DNA of 64,000 nt from Candidatus Latescibacterota bacterium (GCA_965200315.1 OZ241362.1:4288001-4352000); one strand, 5' to 3'; positions 1 to 9,637 are shown, numbered from the stretch's first letter. The notes: generated from the sequence alone by a model not told the origin. Numbers and translations: made by a program.

Positions 1-35
1 CGCTGTAACCCAATCCATGCGACAGGCCGGGTGTA

Positions 36-878
36 TCACCCCCGCGACGGCTCGGCGTTTTCCCGCCGGTGGCGCTGATGCACCTCCGCCATCTTGAAGT
101 CGTTGTCTATGACCTGCTGCAAATGCACCATGCGCTCTGGCCCGGCCGTGCGCAACATGGCCTCGCCGTGGATGCGGTCAATCCAGAACCGCCCCTCGTT
201 GGCCAGCGCGTTCTGGAAGTCCTCTAGGCGCTCGTCGGGCACGTGTTCGTAGAAATTCATGGTGTACATGCGCCGCCGCTGCGAGCCGCCGAAAGCGGCG
301 TGCTTGGTATTGTGCCAAAATACGACGATGTCGCCTGGCTGGGTCTCCACCACTTGGCACGGCACTTGGTTGGGCGCTACTCCCCATGCTGCGTCGCTGT
401 CGGGCAGGGCTTCTTGCAGGCCGTCGGCATAGGCATCGCCGCAGTGATGACTGCCCGGAATGATGCGCACTGCGCCCGTGTCCCGGGTCAGGGGATCTAG
501 GTAAAAAGCGATCTTAATGCTGGTGATGCGCTCGCCGCTGTACCCATCCGAATGCCAGCGCGTATCGCCGACGTAGAAATTGCCGTCGCCGCTGGTGTAG
601 TTGAAATCATCGCCCAAGATGCTGGCGGCAATGTCGTGGATGCGCGGATCGTCGAGTAAGCTGCTCAAGTATTCACTCTGGTCGGGGAAGGGGACAATAC
701 ACGAGCGCGCCTGCCCGGCGTGTTCTTTGCCTTGGTGCCCCCCGCCGTGCGCGGCCCACACCGCCTCGAATTCCTCGATGATGCGGTCGGTGCAGTCGGC
801 CATTAGGCCGGGGAAATACAGGTAGCCAAAAGTATTGAAATAATTGAGCTGTTGTTCGCTCAGGCGCGTCTCGGACAT
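36..878 (-). CDS. Phytanoyl-CoA dioxygenase (PhyH) family Fe(II)/2-oxoglutarate dioxygenase
   Basis: N-terminal YFNTFGYL, WHSD (HxD) iron motif, IPGSH, and QPGDIVVFWHNTKHA with distal His. Confidence 0.85.
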   Translation of the reverse strand: MSETRLSEQQLNYFNTFGYLYFPGLMADCTDRIIEEFEAVWAAHGGGHQGKEHAGQARSCIVPFPDQSEYLSSLLDDPRIHDIAASILGDDFNYTSGDGNFYVGDTRWHSDGYSGERITSIKIAFYLDPLTRDTGAVRIIPGSHHCGDAYADGLQEALPDSDAAWGVAPNQVPCQVVETQPGDIVVFWHNTKHAAFGGSQRRRMYTMNFYEHVPDERLEDFQNALANEGRFWIDRIHGEAMLRTAGPERMVHLQQVIDNDFKMAEVHQRHRRENAEPSRG

Positions 879-893
879 GCTATTTCCTTTAGG

Positions 894-1313
894 TTACTCA
901 CAGTACACTCGGACCTTGTCGTCGCGGTCTTGGACGTTGATCTCGATCTCGCTGAGTGCATCTATTAGCTGCTCTAGGTCTTGGGTTCGCAGGTTGTCTA
1001 TGTCGACGTCAATGCCGTTGTCTTGCAGAGCCGCATTGATCCCGGTCGCGGCCTGCGCTGGAAGCAGGGTGTGCAGCTTGACGCCGGCCTTGATCAGTGC
1101 CAGCGGCACTCGGACGTCGACGTGCTCATCCTCGTCCGAGTCGACGGTAACTCTCAGATACCGGGCTGATCCCGTGCGTGGGGGCGCTAGCGACTGCACC
1201 ACTGCGGTCGCCTCTGGCCCCTCGTCGACGAGAGAGAGCAGGCACTCGGCCTCATCGACGGACACCTTGCCTTCGGATAGCATCTCCAGTACGCGTCTGC
1301 TGTTTTCGTTCAT
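894..1313 (-). CDS. SHOCT-like domain protein (YvlB-like, DUF2089-associated)
   Basis: RRVLEMLSEGKVSVDEAECLL SHOCT-like N-terminus; C-terminal VDVRVPLALIK...KVRVYCE; AGGAGG RBS. Confidence 0.75.
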   Translation of the reverse strand: MNENSRRVLEMLSEGKVSVDEAECLLSLVDEGPEATAVVQSLAPPRTGSARYLRVTVDSDEDEHVDVRVPLALIKAGVKLHTLLPAQAATGINAALQDNGIDVDIDNLRTQDLEQLIDALSEIEINVQDRDDKVRVYCE

Positions 1314-1340
1314 GGCAGTCCTCCTGTTTGTCTCGTTTGG

Positions 1341-2333
1341 CTAGTGAATGGCAATGGAGCCGTTTATGGTTTCGGCGGTCAATTCGGCCTCGCCGTTGCC
1401 CACCGTTCCCTTTAGCTTGTGGCGCTCGTTGACCGACGCGACAAAGCCCGGCACTTCGCAGCGGACTCGCCCGTTGAGCGTAGTCGCCGTTAGCTCGAGG
1501 CTCGGCTCGGCATCCAGAGCGATTTTAATGTTGCCGTTCATGGTGGATAGTCTGTTGCCGTTTCTGGGCTCAATGCTTCCCTGAAATTTTATCGGCCCAT
1601 TGGTCGTCCGCGCATTGAAGCGGCCGTGTGCGTCTTCAAGGGACACGCGGCTGTTCGCGGTAGAAAGCTCTGCCGAGCCAGAGAGCGTCTTGACCGTGAT
1701 GGGGGCGTTCTTGGTCGTTGCGTTCAGATCGCCCTTGAATTGTTCGACCCGTATAGGCCCGTTCTTGGTCTGCACCGTCCCGCTGCTTTCCGTTCCCCGG
1801 ATCTCCACCGGCCCGTTGCTAGTCGCCAAGTCGACGCTAGTTGGGACGGGCACAATCACTTCTATATTTGCTCCAGAGTGCTGGCGAGAGAATCTGTGCG
1901 GGGGGCCCTCGGATTGCCGGTTCGGCTTGGCCTCGACCGTGATGAGATCGCCTTCCTGCGCGGCGCGGTATTTGATTCCGCGAGGTTTTTTTAGCCTCGC
2001 CCGCACGCGAATCGAGCCGGATTCGCCGGCACGGACCCGGATGCGGCCGTTGAAGCCGCGCACCACGAGGCGCGGGCTGTCGCCCACGGCAAAAGTGTCG
2101 TCGCGCATGGAGGCCCTGTCGTCCTCGTCGCTCTCTGACCACTCGGATAGCCCTTCGATTTCTTCGCCAAGCCCTTCGAGGTTTGGCGCATTGATTTTGA
2201 GCCTCTTGGTAATGCGTCTCTTGCGGGTCTCGCGGTCGGGGTCTTGCAGGGCCTCTAGGAGACGCTCGGCCTCCTCTACGGAGACCTTTCCCGCCGAGAG
2301 CATATCGAGAACTCTGCGTCGCTCTTGAGTCAT
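1341..2333 (-). CDS. SHOCT-like plus DUF4097 beta-strand repeat protein (LiaX/YvlB-like)
   Basis: N-terminal RRVLDMLSAGKVSVEEAERLL followed by repeated T-x-NG-x-I motifs. Confidence 0.8.
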   Translation of the reverse strand: MTQERRRVLDMLSAGKVSVEEAERLLEALQDPDRETRKRRITKRLKINAPNLEGLGEEIEGLSEWSESDEDDRASMRDDTFAVGDSPRLVVRGFNGRIRVRAGESGSIRVRARLKKPRGIKYRAAQEGDLITVEAKPNRQSEGPPHRFSRQHSGANIEVIVPVPTSVDLATSNGPVEIRGTESSGTVQTKNGPIRVEQFKGDLNATTKNAPITVKTLSGSAELSTANSRVSLEDAHGRFNARTTNGPIKFQGSIEPRNGNRLSTMNGNIKIALDAEPSLELTATTLNGRVRCEVPGFVASVNERHKLKGTVGNGEAELTAETINGSIAIH

Positions 2334-2342
2334 TGTATCCTC

Positions 2343-2618
2343 CTAGTCGATTGAAATGAACACGCGGCCTTCGCCAGAGGCCACGTTGCAGCGCAGGCCG
2401 CGCAGCGAGGCGAGCACGTATAGAAGCAAGGGGCCAGCCAGCAGGACGGAACGGCCCCGAGCGCGCCGCCCCGAGTGCGCCGCTACCAGCATGGCAACAG
2501 GCGTCCCCAGCATCACGACGACGATAACGAGCGGCCATAGCAGGATGAGCGGAATCCACAGCCGGATCCGGCGCTTGTCATCTTGGACTCGCACTCTCAG
2601 GAACATCGGTGGCAGCAT
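2343..2618 (-). CDS. Small membrane protein of the DUF2089 operon
   Basis: ATG at 2618 overlaps the upstream stop (TGATG); hydrophobic IRLWIPLILLWPLVIVVV segment. Confidence 0.65.
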   Translation of the reverse strand: MLPPMFLRVRVQDDKRRIRLWIPLILLWPLVIVVVMLGTPVAMLVAAHSGRRARGRSVLLAGPLLLYVLASLRGLRCNVASGEGRVFISID

Positions 2619-2986
2619 CAGGAGAGCCTCCGCAGCGCCTCTTCGACATCGATCTCGCCGCATTCCAAGCTGTCGAGCACGGCCGCCGATTGGGGATTTG
2701 AGCGCGGGCGAGTCATGGTCTCGACCAGCGGTAGCTGCTCGGCAATGGCGTCCAGTCGGTTTTTGACCGTGGGGTAGCTGATGCCAAAGATGCGCTCCAT
2801 TTCCTTGATTGAGCCGTGAACTTGGACGAAGGCCATTACGAATACTTGGTCCTCGGCGGAAAGACGCGCCAGAACAGGCGGTTCAAATTGCCCCTCGATC
2901 GCGACGGCACTGTCCGGCAGGGAAACCCGCTCCACCACGATACGCGCCCCCTTCGTCAGATCAGTCAACTCCTTCCAGTCTTTGAT
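2618..2986 (-). CDS. DUF2089 family HTH regulator (start uncertain, possibly ATC at 2986)
   Basis: HGSIKEMERIFGISYPTVKNRLD HTH and C-terminal SHOCT-like tail; GGAGG lies 7 nt upstream of the in-frame ATC. Confidence 0.8.
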   Translation of the reverse strand: MKDWKELTDLTKGARIVVERVSLPDSAVAIEGQFEPPVLARLSAEDQVFVMAFVQVHGSIKEMERIFGISYPTVKNRLDAIAEQLPLVETMTRPRSNPQSAAVLDSLECGEIDVEEALRRLS

Positions 2987-3019
2987 GGCAAAACCTCCAA
3001 AAAGTTAATTTCAGATGTA

Positions 3020-3048
3020 ACTGTAGCGATATAATTTGAAAAAATCAA
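3020..3048 (-). promoter_or_regulatory. Putative sigma70 promoter of the DUF2089 operon
   Basis: Minus strand TTGATT-17 bp-TACAGT in an AT-rich intergenic patch, with an A/T tract upstream. Confidence 0.5.
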
Positions 3049-3097
3049 TAATAAAATTTATAATTTTAATTTTTTGAAAATGGACAGGATTTAGACG

Positions 3098-4207
3098 CTA
3101 CTCTTCCACGGCCGCGGACACTGCGTTGGAAACCCGCCGCAGCAAGCTCCCGTTGGCGACCATTTGGTTGGTCAGCACCACGCAGCTTAGCTGGTGCTCT
3201 GCGTCCGCCCACGCCACCGTGCCGGTCGCTCCGGTGTGGCCGAAGGTGTGCGGCGACACCAGATCGCCCCAAAAGGCCCACACCCGCGCCCCGCACACGC
3301 CCCACCCAAGGCCCCACGGCGCGTTGAGCGTGCCGTTTTGGTCCCGCGTCATGGCCGCGACCGCGGCCCGGCTGAAGATGCGCTGGCTGCCGTATGCGCC
3401 GCGGTTGAGCATGGTTTGCAAGAGGATCGCCAGATCGCGTCCGGTGCTGTGCATCCCGCCCCACGGCGCCCCAAAGTCGCGCCAGTATGGGGAATTCCAC
3501 CCCCAACTCCGCAATTCGTCGTCCTCTTCGGTGTCTGTCCCGCACCACACGGTATCTTCAATCGCCCAGTCGCCCAGGCCTAACGCGCTGCGCTCCATGC
3601 CCAACGGCGCGAAAATTTCCTCGCGTTCAAAGTCGCGCAGACGCTGGCCGCTGACGCGCTCGACGATCGCGGCCGCCAGCAGGATGCCCTTGCTTTGGTA
3701 GCGGAAATCGGTCGCCGGTTTGTAGAGCAGAGGCGTCTTGAGCGACCGCTCGACAAAGACTTCTACCGGCTCGTGTGCCCGCCGCAGGCTGACGTTTTCC
3801 GGCAGCATGTCGGGCATACCCGATATGTGCGCCAGCAGGTGGCGGACCTTGATGTCGGGCCGGTCACCGCCGGTGAACTCGGGCAGGTAGTCGGCGGCTG
3901 GGTCTTCGAGCGAGATCAGCCCCCGGTCGACGAGGATCATCAGCGCACAAGCGGTGACCGGCTTGGTGATCGACGCGAGGAGAAAGATCGAATCCGCATC
4001 GACCGGCTGGCCGGTGTTGGGCTTGCGCTGGCCAGCGCCGCGTGCGAAAACCTCTTTGCCGTGCCGCGCTACCGTCAGCGAGGCCGCGCTGATCTGGCCC
4101 GCTTCGACAGCAGCCGTGAGCAGGCCAAAGGCCCGCTCGAGTTGTGCGGCCGACATGCCAACCGCCGCTGGGTCGCCCGTTTGCAAAACCGTTCCGTCCG
4201 TTGCCAT
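3098..4207 (-). CDS. Serine hydrolase, beta-lactamase/esterase (class C-like) family
   Basis: LASITK (SxxK), LLAHISG, FRYQS, FGHTGATG. Confidence 0.85.
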   Translation of the reverse strand: MATDGTVLQTGDPAAVGMSAAQLERAFGLLTAAVEAGQISAASLTVARHGKEVFARGAGQRKPNTGQPVDADSIFLLASITKPVTACALMILVDRGLISLEDPAADYLPEFTGGDRPDIKVRHLLAHISGMPDMLPENVSLRRAHEPVEVFVERSLKTPLLYKPATDFRYQSKGILLAAAIVERVSGQRLRDFEREEIFAPLGMERSALGLGDWAIEDTVWCGTDTEEDDELRSWGWNSPYWRDFGAPWGGMHSTGRDLAILLQTMLNRGAYGSQRIFSRAAVAAMTRDQNGTLNAPWGLGWGVCGARVWAFWGDLVSPHTFGHTGATGTVAWADAEHQLSCVVLTNQMVANGSLLRRVSNAVSAAVEE

Positions 4208-4240
4208 CGCGTTTTCCTTTCTGTAGAGGCTCTAACAAAA

Positions 4241-4268
4241 CTGGATTCCCGCCTACGCGGGAATGACA
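4241..4268. repeat. REP-like palindrome CTGGATTCCCGCCTACGCGGGAATGAC (ATTCCC-N8-GGGAAT type)
   Basis: ATTCCC and GGGAAT inverted arms, intergenic; related copy at about 52921-52978. Confidence 0.65.
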
Positions 4269-4322
4269 CCGGGCGGGCGAGAGGCCCCTCGGCCGCCCTA
4301 TTTTCAGACCGCTGCTGTTTCC

Positions 4323-5033
4323 TCAGTCGACCAACCCAACCACTTCCCACAACCCGGTCACCACTCGCACTCCGTCCTCCGTCAAAGAGCCATCCGCGCC
4401 GAGCGACCGCCGAATCAACACCGGTCGCAGCCCGGCCGCCTTGGCCCCGGCTACGTCGTCTTCTGGTGAATCGCCGACGAAGAGCGCTTCGTCTGTGGCC
4501 AACCCGGTCTGCTTTAGGGCCGGGGCAAAGATCGCCGGGTCGGGCTTTTTGACGCCGACATCGCCGGAGACGACCACTGCGTCGAAAAAGGGGCGCAACG
4601 CCAGCTCGTCTAGCAGCCGATGGACGTGCGGCGGGTGGTCGAAGTTGGAAACCAGTGCCAGCTTGTAGCGGCCTTGCAGCTCGCCCAGTACGCTTTTGGC
4701 CTCCGGGTCGAGCGGCGTGTGTGCGTGCCACGCCGCCACGCTCGCCGCGCTGATGCGCCGCAATTCCTCCACTTCCAACGCCAAGCCCAACTTGCCCACC
4801 AACTCGCGGATGCGCCGCTCGTACACTGTCAGCCCGTCGTCCTGCACCGGCGGCTCGGGTTGGAGCAAGAACTCCTCGCACACCCGGATCAAGGTTTCGT
4901 CATCAAACGCCCGGCCATAAGCGATCAGTTCGCGGCGGATGGCACGGAACCAACTCTCTCCCGCAGCTTCCATATCGCCATAGCGCAACAACGTGCCGTA
5001 GAGATCGAAGAATACACCTCGTATTTGAGTCAT
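4323..5033 (-). CDS. HAD-superfamily hydrolase
   Basis: FFDLYGTL motif I, LVSN, KKPDPAIF, FVGDSPEDDV; ATG at 5033. Confidence 0.9.
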   Translation of the reverse strand: MTQIRGVFFDLYGTLLRYGDMEAAGESWFRAIRRELIAYGRAFDDETLIRVCEEFLLQPEPPVQDDGLTVYERRIRELVGKLGLALEVEELRRISAASVAAWHAHTPLDPEAKSVLGELQGRYKLALVSNFDHPPHVHRLLDELALRPFFDAVVVSGDVGVKKPDPAIFAPALKQTGLATDEALFVGDSPEDDVAGAKAAGLRPVLIRRSLGADGSLTEDGVRVVTGLWEVVGLVD

Positions 5034-5067
5034 TGAGTGTCTTATTGGACAGGATTGTATAGGCAGG

Positions 5068-6297
5068 CTACCAGCCGCGCACCATATAGGCCTGCAACAC
5101 GCCGCTTTCATCGGAATTGAAGAAGCCCGACCCTCCGTCCGGCGAGAGGAAAGGATGGATGTGGGTGTCCTTCTGCCAAGACGATCCGGGGTTTGCGATC
5201 TGCCGCGCATTCGCGAGCGCACCGTCCTCTTCTTTGGGAAGGTCGAACAGCCAGACCGCGCCGCCCCCGTCTTTCGGGCCGGCATCCGTGATTAAACGGG
5301 TACCGTCTCGGTCTGTTGCGAAATGCCAGAAGTCGGGTCCGTCAAAGGAGCGGGACAGGTCGTTGCGCCAGCCGCCCGGCGTGTTGATGCCTTCATCGCC
5401 GACGTGCGCTACCGCCCTGCCCGAGATGAGCTGTCTTTCGTCTGGCTCGCGCACCGAGGTGCTGGTGATGGCCATGTCGCTTTTCCCCTGCCAGCACTGA
5501 TGCCCCTGACAAAACTCGTTCCCATCCCGGCCCCAAGGGAAGTCGCGCAGATCAGTGCCGTCGTCCCGGATTAGGTGGATGTCCGCGCCCAGCCCGCTGG
5601 TGAGCTTTTTCACCCGGCCATCGGCACCAATGATATTCCCGTGGTTTTCTTGGATCATGATGTCGTGGGAAGCCACGGGGTCCGTCTGACGCGTGTACTG
5701 AGGGTGCATGTTGCACCAAGTGGGACCGCGAAGGACCAATCGCACGGAGGGCTCTTCGATCTCGAAGACGAGCAGACCCCAAGGCCCCCCTGCGCTGTTG
5801 CTGTCGCCGAGGAATCCCGAGATGGCGATGCGCCGGCCATCGGATGAAATCGTCGAAAGCGGATACGGTCGGCTCAGCCTGAAACTGGTCTCTGGAATCG
5901 CGTGATCGAGGACGTAGACGATCTCTCGTTCAGATCCATCTAGCCCGACCCGCTTTAGCGTCAGCCGTCCGCCTCTCCCAAACTCTGTTTCATTGACGAA
6001 GTAGTACAAGTAGTCGCCATCTGGTGAGATAGACGGCCCCGTCGTTCCAAGCTCGGTGGTGATCGGCGTCAGGCTGCAATGGTCTTCGAGGTTGCAAATC
6101 AGAAACTGGTGCTCGGGGTCCTTGGGATCGGAGCCGTGCGGGTGCGCTGAGCGGTGGAGGATCAGCCGCTGCGAATCGGGCGTGAAGATCTGCGCTTCCA
6201 TATAGACATGCGACGAGGAGAGCGACTCATCTGTGAGCTGAATGACTTCGAGATGGTCTCGCTCGGTCGCTGGGACGAGGTCAGGTCGGATTTTCAA
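5068..6297 (-). CDS. Beta-propeller protein, oligogalacturonate lyase/TolB-like
   Basis: FTPDSQRL, ISPDGDY, C-terminal HIHPFLSPDG...FFNSD repeats; AGAGGA RBS before TTG. Confidence 0.65.
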   Translation of the reverse strand: MKIRPDLVPATERDHLEVIQLTDESLSSSHVYMEAQIFTPDSQRLILHRSAHPHGSDPKDPEHQFLICNLEDHCSLTPITTELGTTGPSISPDGDYLYYFVNETEFGRGGRLTLKRVGLDGSEREIVYVLDHAIPETSFRLSRPYPLSTISSDGRRIAISGFLGDSNSAGGPWGLLVFEIEEPSVRLVLRGPTWCNMHPQYTRQTDPVASHDIMIQENHGNIIGADGRVKKLTSGLGADIHLIRDDGTDLRDFPWGRDGNEFCQGHQCWQGKSDMAITSTSVREPDERQLISGRAVAHVGDEGINTPGGWRNDLSRSFDGPDFWHFATDRDGTRLITDAGPKDGGGAVWLFDLPKEEDGALANARQIANPGSSWQKDTHIHPFLSPDGGSGFFNSDESGVLQAYMVRGW

Positions 6298-6408
6298 TGG
6301 TTTTCCTCCTATTGATGGCGTGGCACTCCGAGGAAGAAAGGTAAAGGTCTGCCGGACCGCATCAAGATAAATGAGATGCCTCGCACTACAGCCAACCTGA
6401 TCGTCAAG

Positions 6409-7212
6409 TCAGCTTCCTGTAGAGCGGTAGTGCCGTACGCCCACTTGCCAGACGCGCAGACAGACTGCGAAAAAGAGCAAGCCCACGCCTGGGGCCAGCC
6501 ATTGAAACAACGGCCCTGAACCCAAGGGGTCGGGGCGTTCTAAAATTCCCAAGGCTGGGTAATAGCTGACGCAGGCGAGGGGGATGACGTACGTAAAAAA
6601 GCGGCGGAACCACTCGCGGTAAATTGCTAGCGGATACTGCGCTGTCTCCACGCCGCCGTAAGTTACGGTATTGACGATTTCCAAACTCTCAGTAGTCCAA
6701 AAGGCCAGCGTCGCCTGCAAGACGATGAGGCCGTAAAACAGGCAAGCACCGCCGAGAATGGTGAGCAAGGCGAGGAGCATCTTGTCCGGCGTCCAGGACA
6801 GCTCTAGAGCGTGTGCGGCCCACAACAGGACGACCAAACCTTGGGTGAGGCGGCCGATGCGCTTGAGGGTGAGTTCCTGTCCGACCAGTTGCAAGGCCGT
6901 GCTGCGGGGGCGCAGCAGCAGGCGGTCGAAGTCTCCGCTTTTGACGGTGGAGGCGAACAAGTCAAAGCCGCGTGAGAAGGCGTCGCACAGGGCAAAGGCG
7001 ATATTGATTAGGCCATAAAAAAAGGCCACTTCGGGCAGACTCCAGGTGCCGAGCGCGGCGAAGCGGTCGAAGAGCACCCAGATGCCCAAGAATTCCAAGC
7101 CGGTCATTGCGCCGTGGCCCACAGACAGCATGACAAAAGAGGCCCGGTACTGCATTTGGCTGCGGAAGGAAATGCCGATATAGCGGCCGTACAGGCGCAG
7201 CCCGTCGAGCAC
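6409..7212 (-). CDS. ABC-2 family transporter permease
   Basis: SQMQYRASF, GDFDRLLLRP, C-terminal RHYRSTGS; multiple TM segments. Confidence 0.85.
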   Translation of the reverse strand: MLDGLRLYGRYIGISFRSQMQYRASFVMLSVGHGAMTGLEFLGIWVLFDRFAALGTWSLPEVAFFYGLINIAFALCDAFSRGFDLFASTVKSGDFDRLLLRPRSTALQLVGQELTLKRIGRLTQGLVVLLWAAHALELSWTPDKMLLALLTILGGACLFYGLIVLQATLAFWTTESLEIVNTVTYGGVETAQYPLAIYREWFRRFFTYVIPLACVSYYPALGILERPDPLGSGPLFQWLAPGVGLLFFAVCLRVWQVGVRHYRSTGS

Positions 7213-7216
7213 AGCT

Positions 7217-8011
7217 TCAGCCTCCTTGGACGACCAAGCGGCGAGTGCCGCGATAGAGGAGGAAGCGGCCCAAGCTCACCAGCACTAGCGTCCACGCGAG
7301 CTGATGCCCCACCACCGACCAGACTTGCGACGCGGGAATGTGCCCCATGTAGAGGCGGAACGGGGTGTCGGCCAAGCCGCGGAACGGCATGAAGTCGAGT
7401 ATGGGTTGGAACGCGTCGGGAAACAGCGGCAAGGGGACCACCATGCCCGAAAACACGTAGATGCACACCGCCAGTATTTGCATGGACCCCTCTCCGGCGA
7501 TGGTCCACAACAAGGAGATGTTGACCAAGTTGGACAGGGCGCCGCCCAGTAGGACTGCGCCTACCATGGCCAAAGCCCAAGCCCCGGCCGCAGCCGGAGA
7601 CGCGGGAGCTTGCAGGCCGAAGAAGAGGAAGGCGAGGCAGAACAACGGCCCCGAGCGCAGCAGGGTGGGAGCGATGCGGTTGGCTAGGGCGCGGCTATAC
7701 CAAAAGGCGTACAAATCGACCGGGCGCACCAACTCGTAGGCCACTGTGCCAGTGCGCACCATGGTGCGTATGTCGGCGTCGGGATTCCAAGGCAAGAGGG
7801 CGAACAGGGCCTGACCGAGCCAGACGTAATTGACCACTTCGGCGTAAGTCATGGGCTGCGCTTGGGTCGCAGTGCGGTAAAACGCTTCAAAGATCATCAC
7901 CCGAATGAGTCCCCAAAATAGCTGCGTACTCATGCCGGCTAGCGCGGCGGCCCGGTACTGCAGCAACATGCGGATGCGGGCGCTGAGGACGGACAGGTAG
8001 GGCCGCATCAA
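7217..8011 (-). CDS. ABC-2 family transporter permease
   Basis: LQYRAAALAG, YELVRPVD, C-terminal LVVQGG. Confidence 0.85.
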   Translation of the reverse strand: MMRPYLSVLSARIRMLLQYRAAALAGMSTQLFWGLIRVMIFEAFYRTATQAQPMTYAEVVNYVWLGQALFALLPWNPDADIRTMVRTGTVAYELVRPVDLYAFWYSRALANRIAPTLLRSGPLFCLAFLFFGLQAPASPAAAGAWALAMVGAVLLGGALSNLVNISLLWTIAGEGSMQILAVCIYVFSGMVVPLPLFPDAFQPILDFMPFRGLADTPFRLYMGHIPASQVWSVVGHQLAWTLVLVSLGRFLLYRGTRRLVVQGG

Positions 8012-8988
8012 GGGCGGTCCCGGTAGAGTTGGGCGATGACTTCCTCAATGGGCGGGTTTTCCACAAAGAGGTCGCGCACCTCGTGGCGGGCCGTGATGCG
8101 GCTGATGAGGGCTGCGGCTGAAATGCGTTCGGGCGCAAAGCTGAGATGCACTCGGGGGCCGTCGCGCTGCACCACGCGAGCCGCTTCGTCGTTGATGGTG
8201 GCTGTGGCATCGACCAAATCGACGATGAGGCGGCGCTCGGACGAGACGCGGGTGCGCAGATCGGCGAGGCTGCCGTCGGAGAGGATGGTGCCGTCGCCGA
8301 TGACCATGACCCGATTGCACAGGGCTTCGATATCGTCCATGTCGTGGGTGGTGAGGATGACGGTGGTGCCCTCTCGGCGGTTGAGTTCTTTGATAAAATC
8401 GCGCATCGCCAGTTTGGCAACCGCGTCGAGACCGATGGTCGGCTCGTCCAGAAAGAGCAAGCCCGGGCCGTGCAGCAGGGCCGCCACCAGATCGCAGCGC
8501 ATGCGCTGGCCCAAGCTGAGCTGGCGCACGGGCACGTCGAGGAAGGAAGAAAGTTCCAACATGGCGATGAGCGCGTCGCGGCGGCGGTGGTAGGCATCGG
8601 TGGGGACTTTGTAGATGGCGCGCAGCAGATCGAAGGATTCAATGGCCGGCAGATCCCACCACAATTGGGTGCGCTGGCCAAAGACCACGCCAATGCGGCG
8701 GACGTGGCCAATGCGGTCCTGCCACGGGACGCGGCCTTGGACCTCGCAGCGGCCCGAATCCGGGACGACGATGCCGGAGAGGATTTTGACTGTGGTGGAT
8801 TTGCCGGCACCATTGGGGCCAATGTAGCCGACTAGTTCGCCAGTCTTTAGCGAGAAAGAGATGCCGTCCAACGCCCGAATCGTGCGGTGCGAGCGCTGCA
8901 CAATGCCCCGGAAGGCTCCCCAAAGGCCGGGGCGACGCTCGGCAATGCGGTAGGTTTTGACTAGGTTTTCAACGACGATTTGGGGCAT
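8008..8988 (-). CDS. ABC transporter ATP-binding protein
   Basis: GPNGAGKST Walker A, LSLGQRMR signature, LFLDEPT Walker B. Confidence 0.92.
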   Translation of the reverse strand: MPQIVVENLVKTYRIAERRPGLWGAFRGIVQRSHRTIRALDGISFSLKTGELVGYIGPNGAGKSTTVKILSGIVVPDSGRCEVQGRVPWQDRIGHVRRIGVVFGQRTQLWWDLPAIESFDLLRAIYKVPTDAYHRRRDALIAMLELSSFLDVPVRQLSLGQRMRCDLVAALLHGPGLLFLDEPTIGLDAVAKLAMRDFIKELNRREGTTVILTTHDMDDIEALCNRVMVIGDGTILSDGSLADLRTRVSSERRLIVDLVDATATINDEAARVVQRDGPRVHLSFAPERISAAALISRITARHEVRDLFVENPPIEEVIAQLYRDRP

Positions 8989-9034
8989 GAATACCAAATA
9001 ACGAGTACTAGTTTAACCGAAGCCATTTTCTGCA

Positions 9035-9637
9035 CTAGTCGGGGGCGGTCGCGGATTTTTCCCAGGGGCGGATAAAGGATTCAGGTTCGACGCCCAAGGC
9101 CGCTGCCACGCGGTTGATGTAGTTGAAATAGCCGATGATCTGGACGGCGTCGTGGATGCCGCGGTCGTCAAAGCCGTGCTGGCGCAATGGGTCAATGTCC
9201 GCAGCGGTTGAGTCCTCGGGCCGCTGGGTCAGTTTTTCGGCCAAGGCGCACAGAGCGCGGTCGGCCGGGGGCAGATCAGCCCGACGCCAGTCCACAGCCA
9301 ACTGATGCACTAGCTGGTCGGCCGGAAGCCCTTCTTCAACGGCAAAATCGCGAGCGACCTCAGCCCGGAGGTCGTGGGCGTGGGCGCGTATTCAGTACGC
9401 GCAATGATTCGTGGCCGAAACGACCACGGCCAGCATTTCGCGTTGGCCGCGGCTCAGGGGCGAGGGGCCATACATAAGGGTCTTATAAAAATCCATAGAG
9501 ACCTTCAGGGCCCGGGGGTTGAGGCTCATGATGGAGACAATGCCCCATACTCGCCCGGCCCGAGCGAGGGCGGCTTCGTACTGCTTTTTGAGCAGGCCGG
9601 AGGCCCGCTTTAGGGGAATGATGTCTATGTAGGGCAT
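9035..9637 (-). CDS. AhpD/CMD-family peroxidase-related selenoprotein (UGA at 9392-9394 read as Sec; CxxU)
   Basis: ORFs 9392-9637 and 9035-9310 are in the same frame, separated only by one TGA in the context NHCAY-TGA-IRAHAHDLR; downstream half has AEKLT and FNYINRVA typical of the family. Confidence 0.8.
9355..9374 (-). promoter_or_regulatory. Putative bacterial SECIS hairpin
   Basis: Minus strand CGACCTC-CGGGCT-GAGGTCG, a perfect 7-bp stem with a G-containing loop starting 17 nt after the in-frame TGA. Confidence 0.65.

Noticed and set aside
3098-4207. Antibiotic-resistance beta-lactamase
   Set aside because: No signal peptide; generic SxxK serine hydrolase, so resistance cannot be inferred
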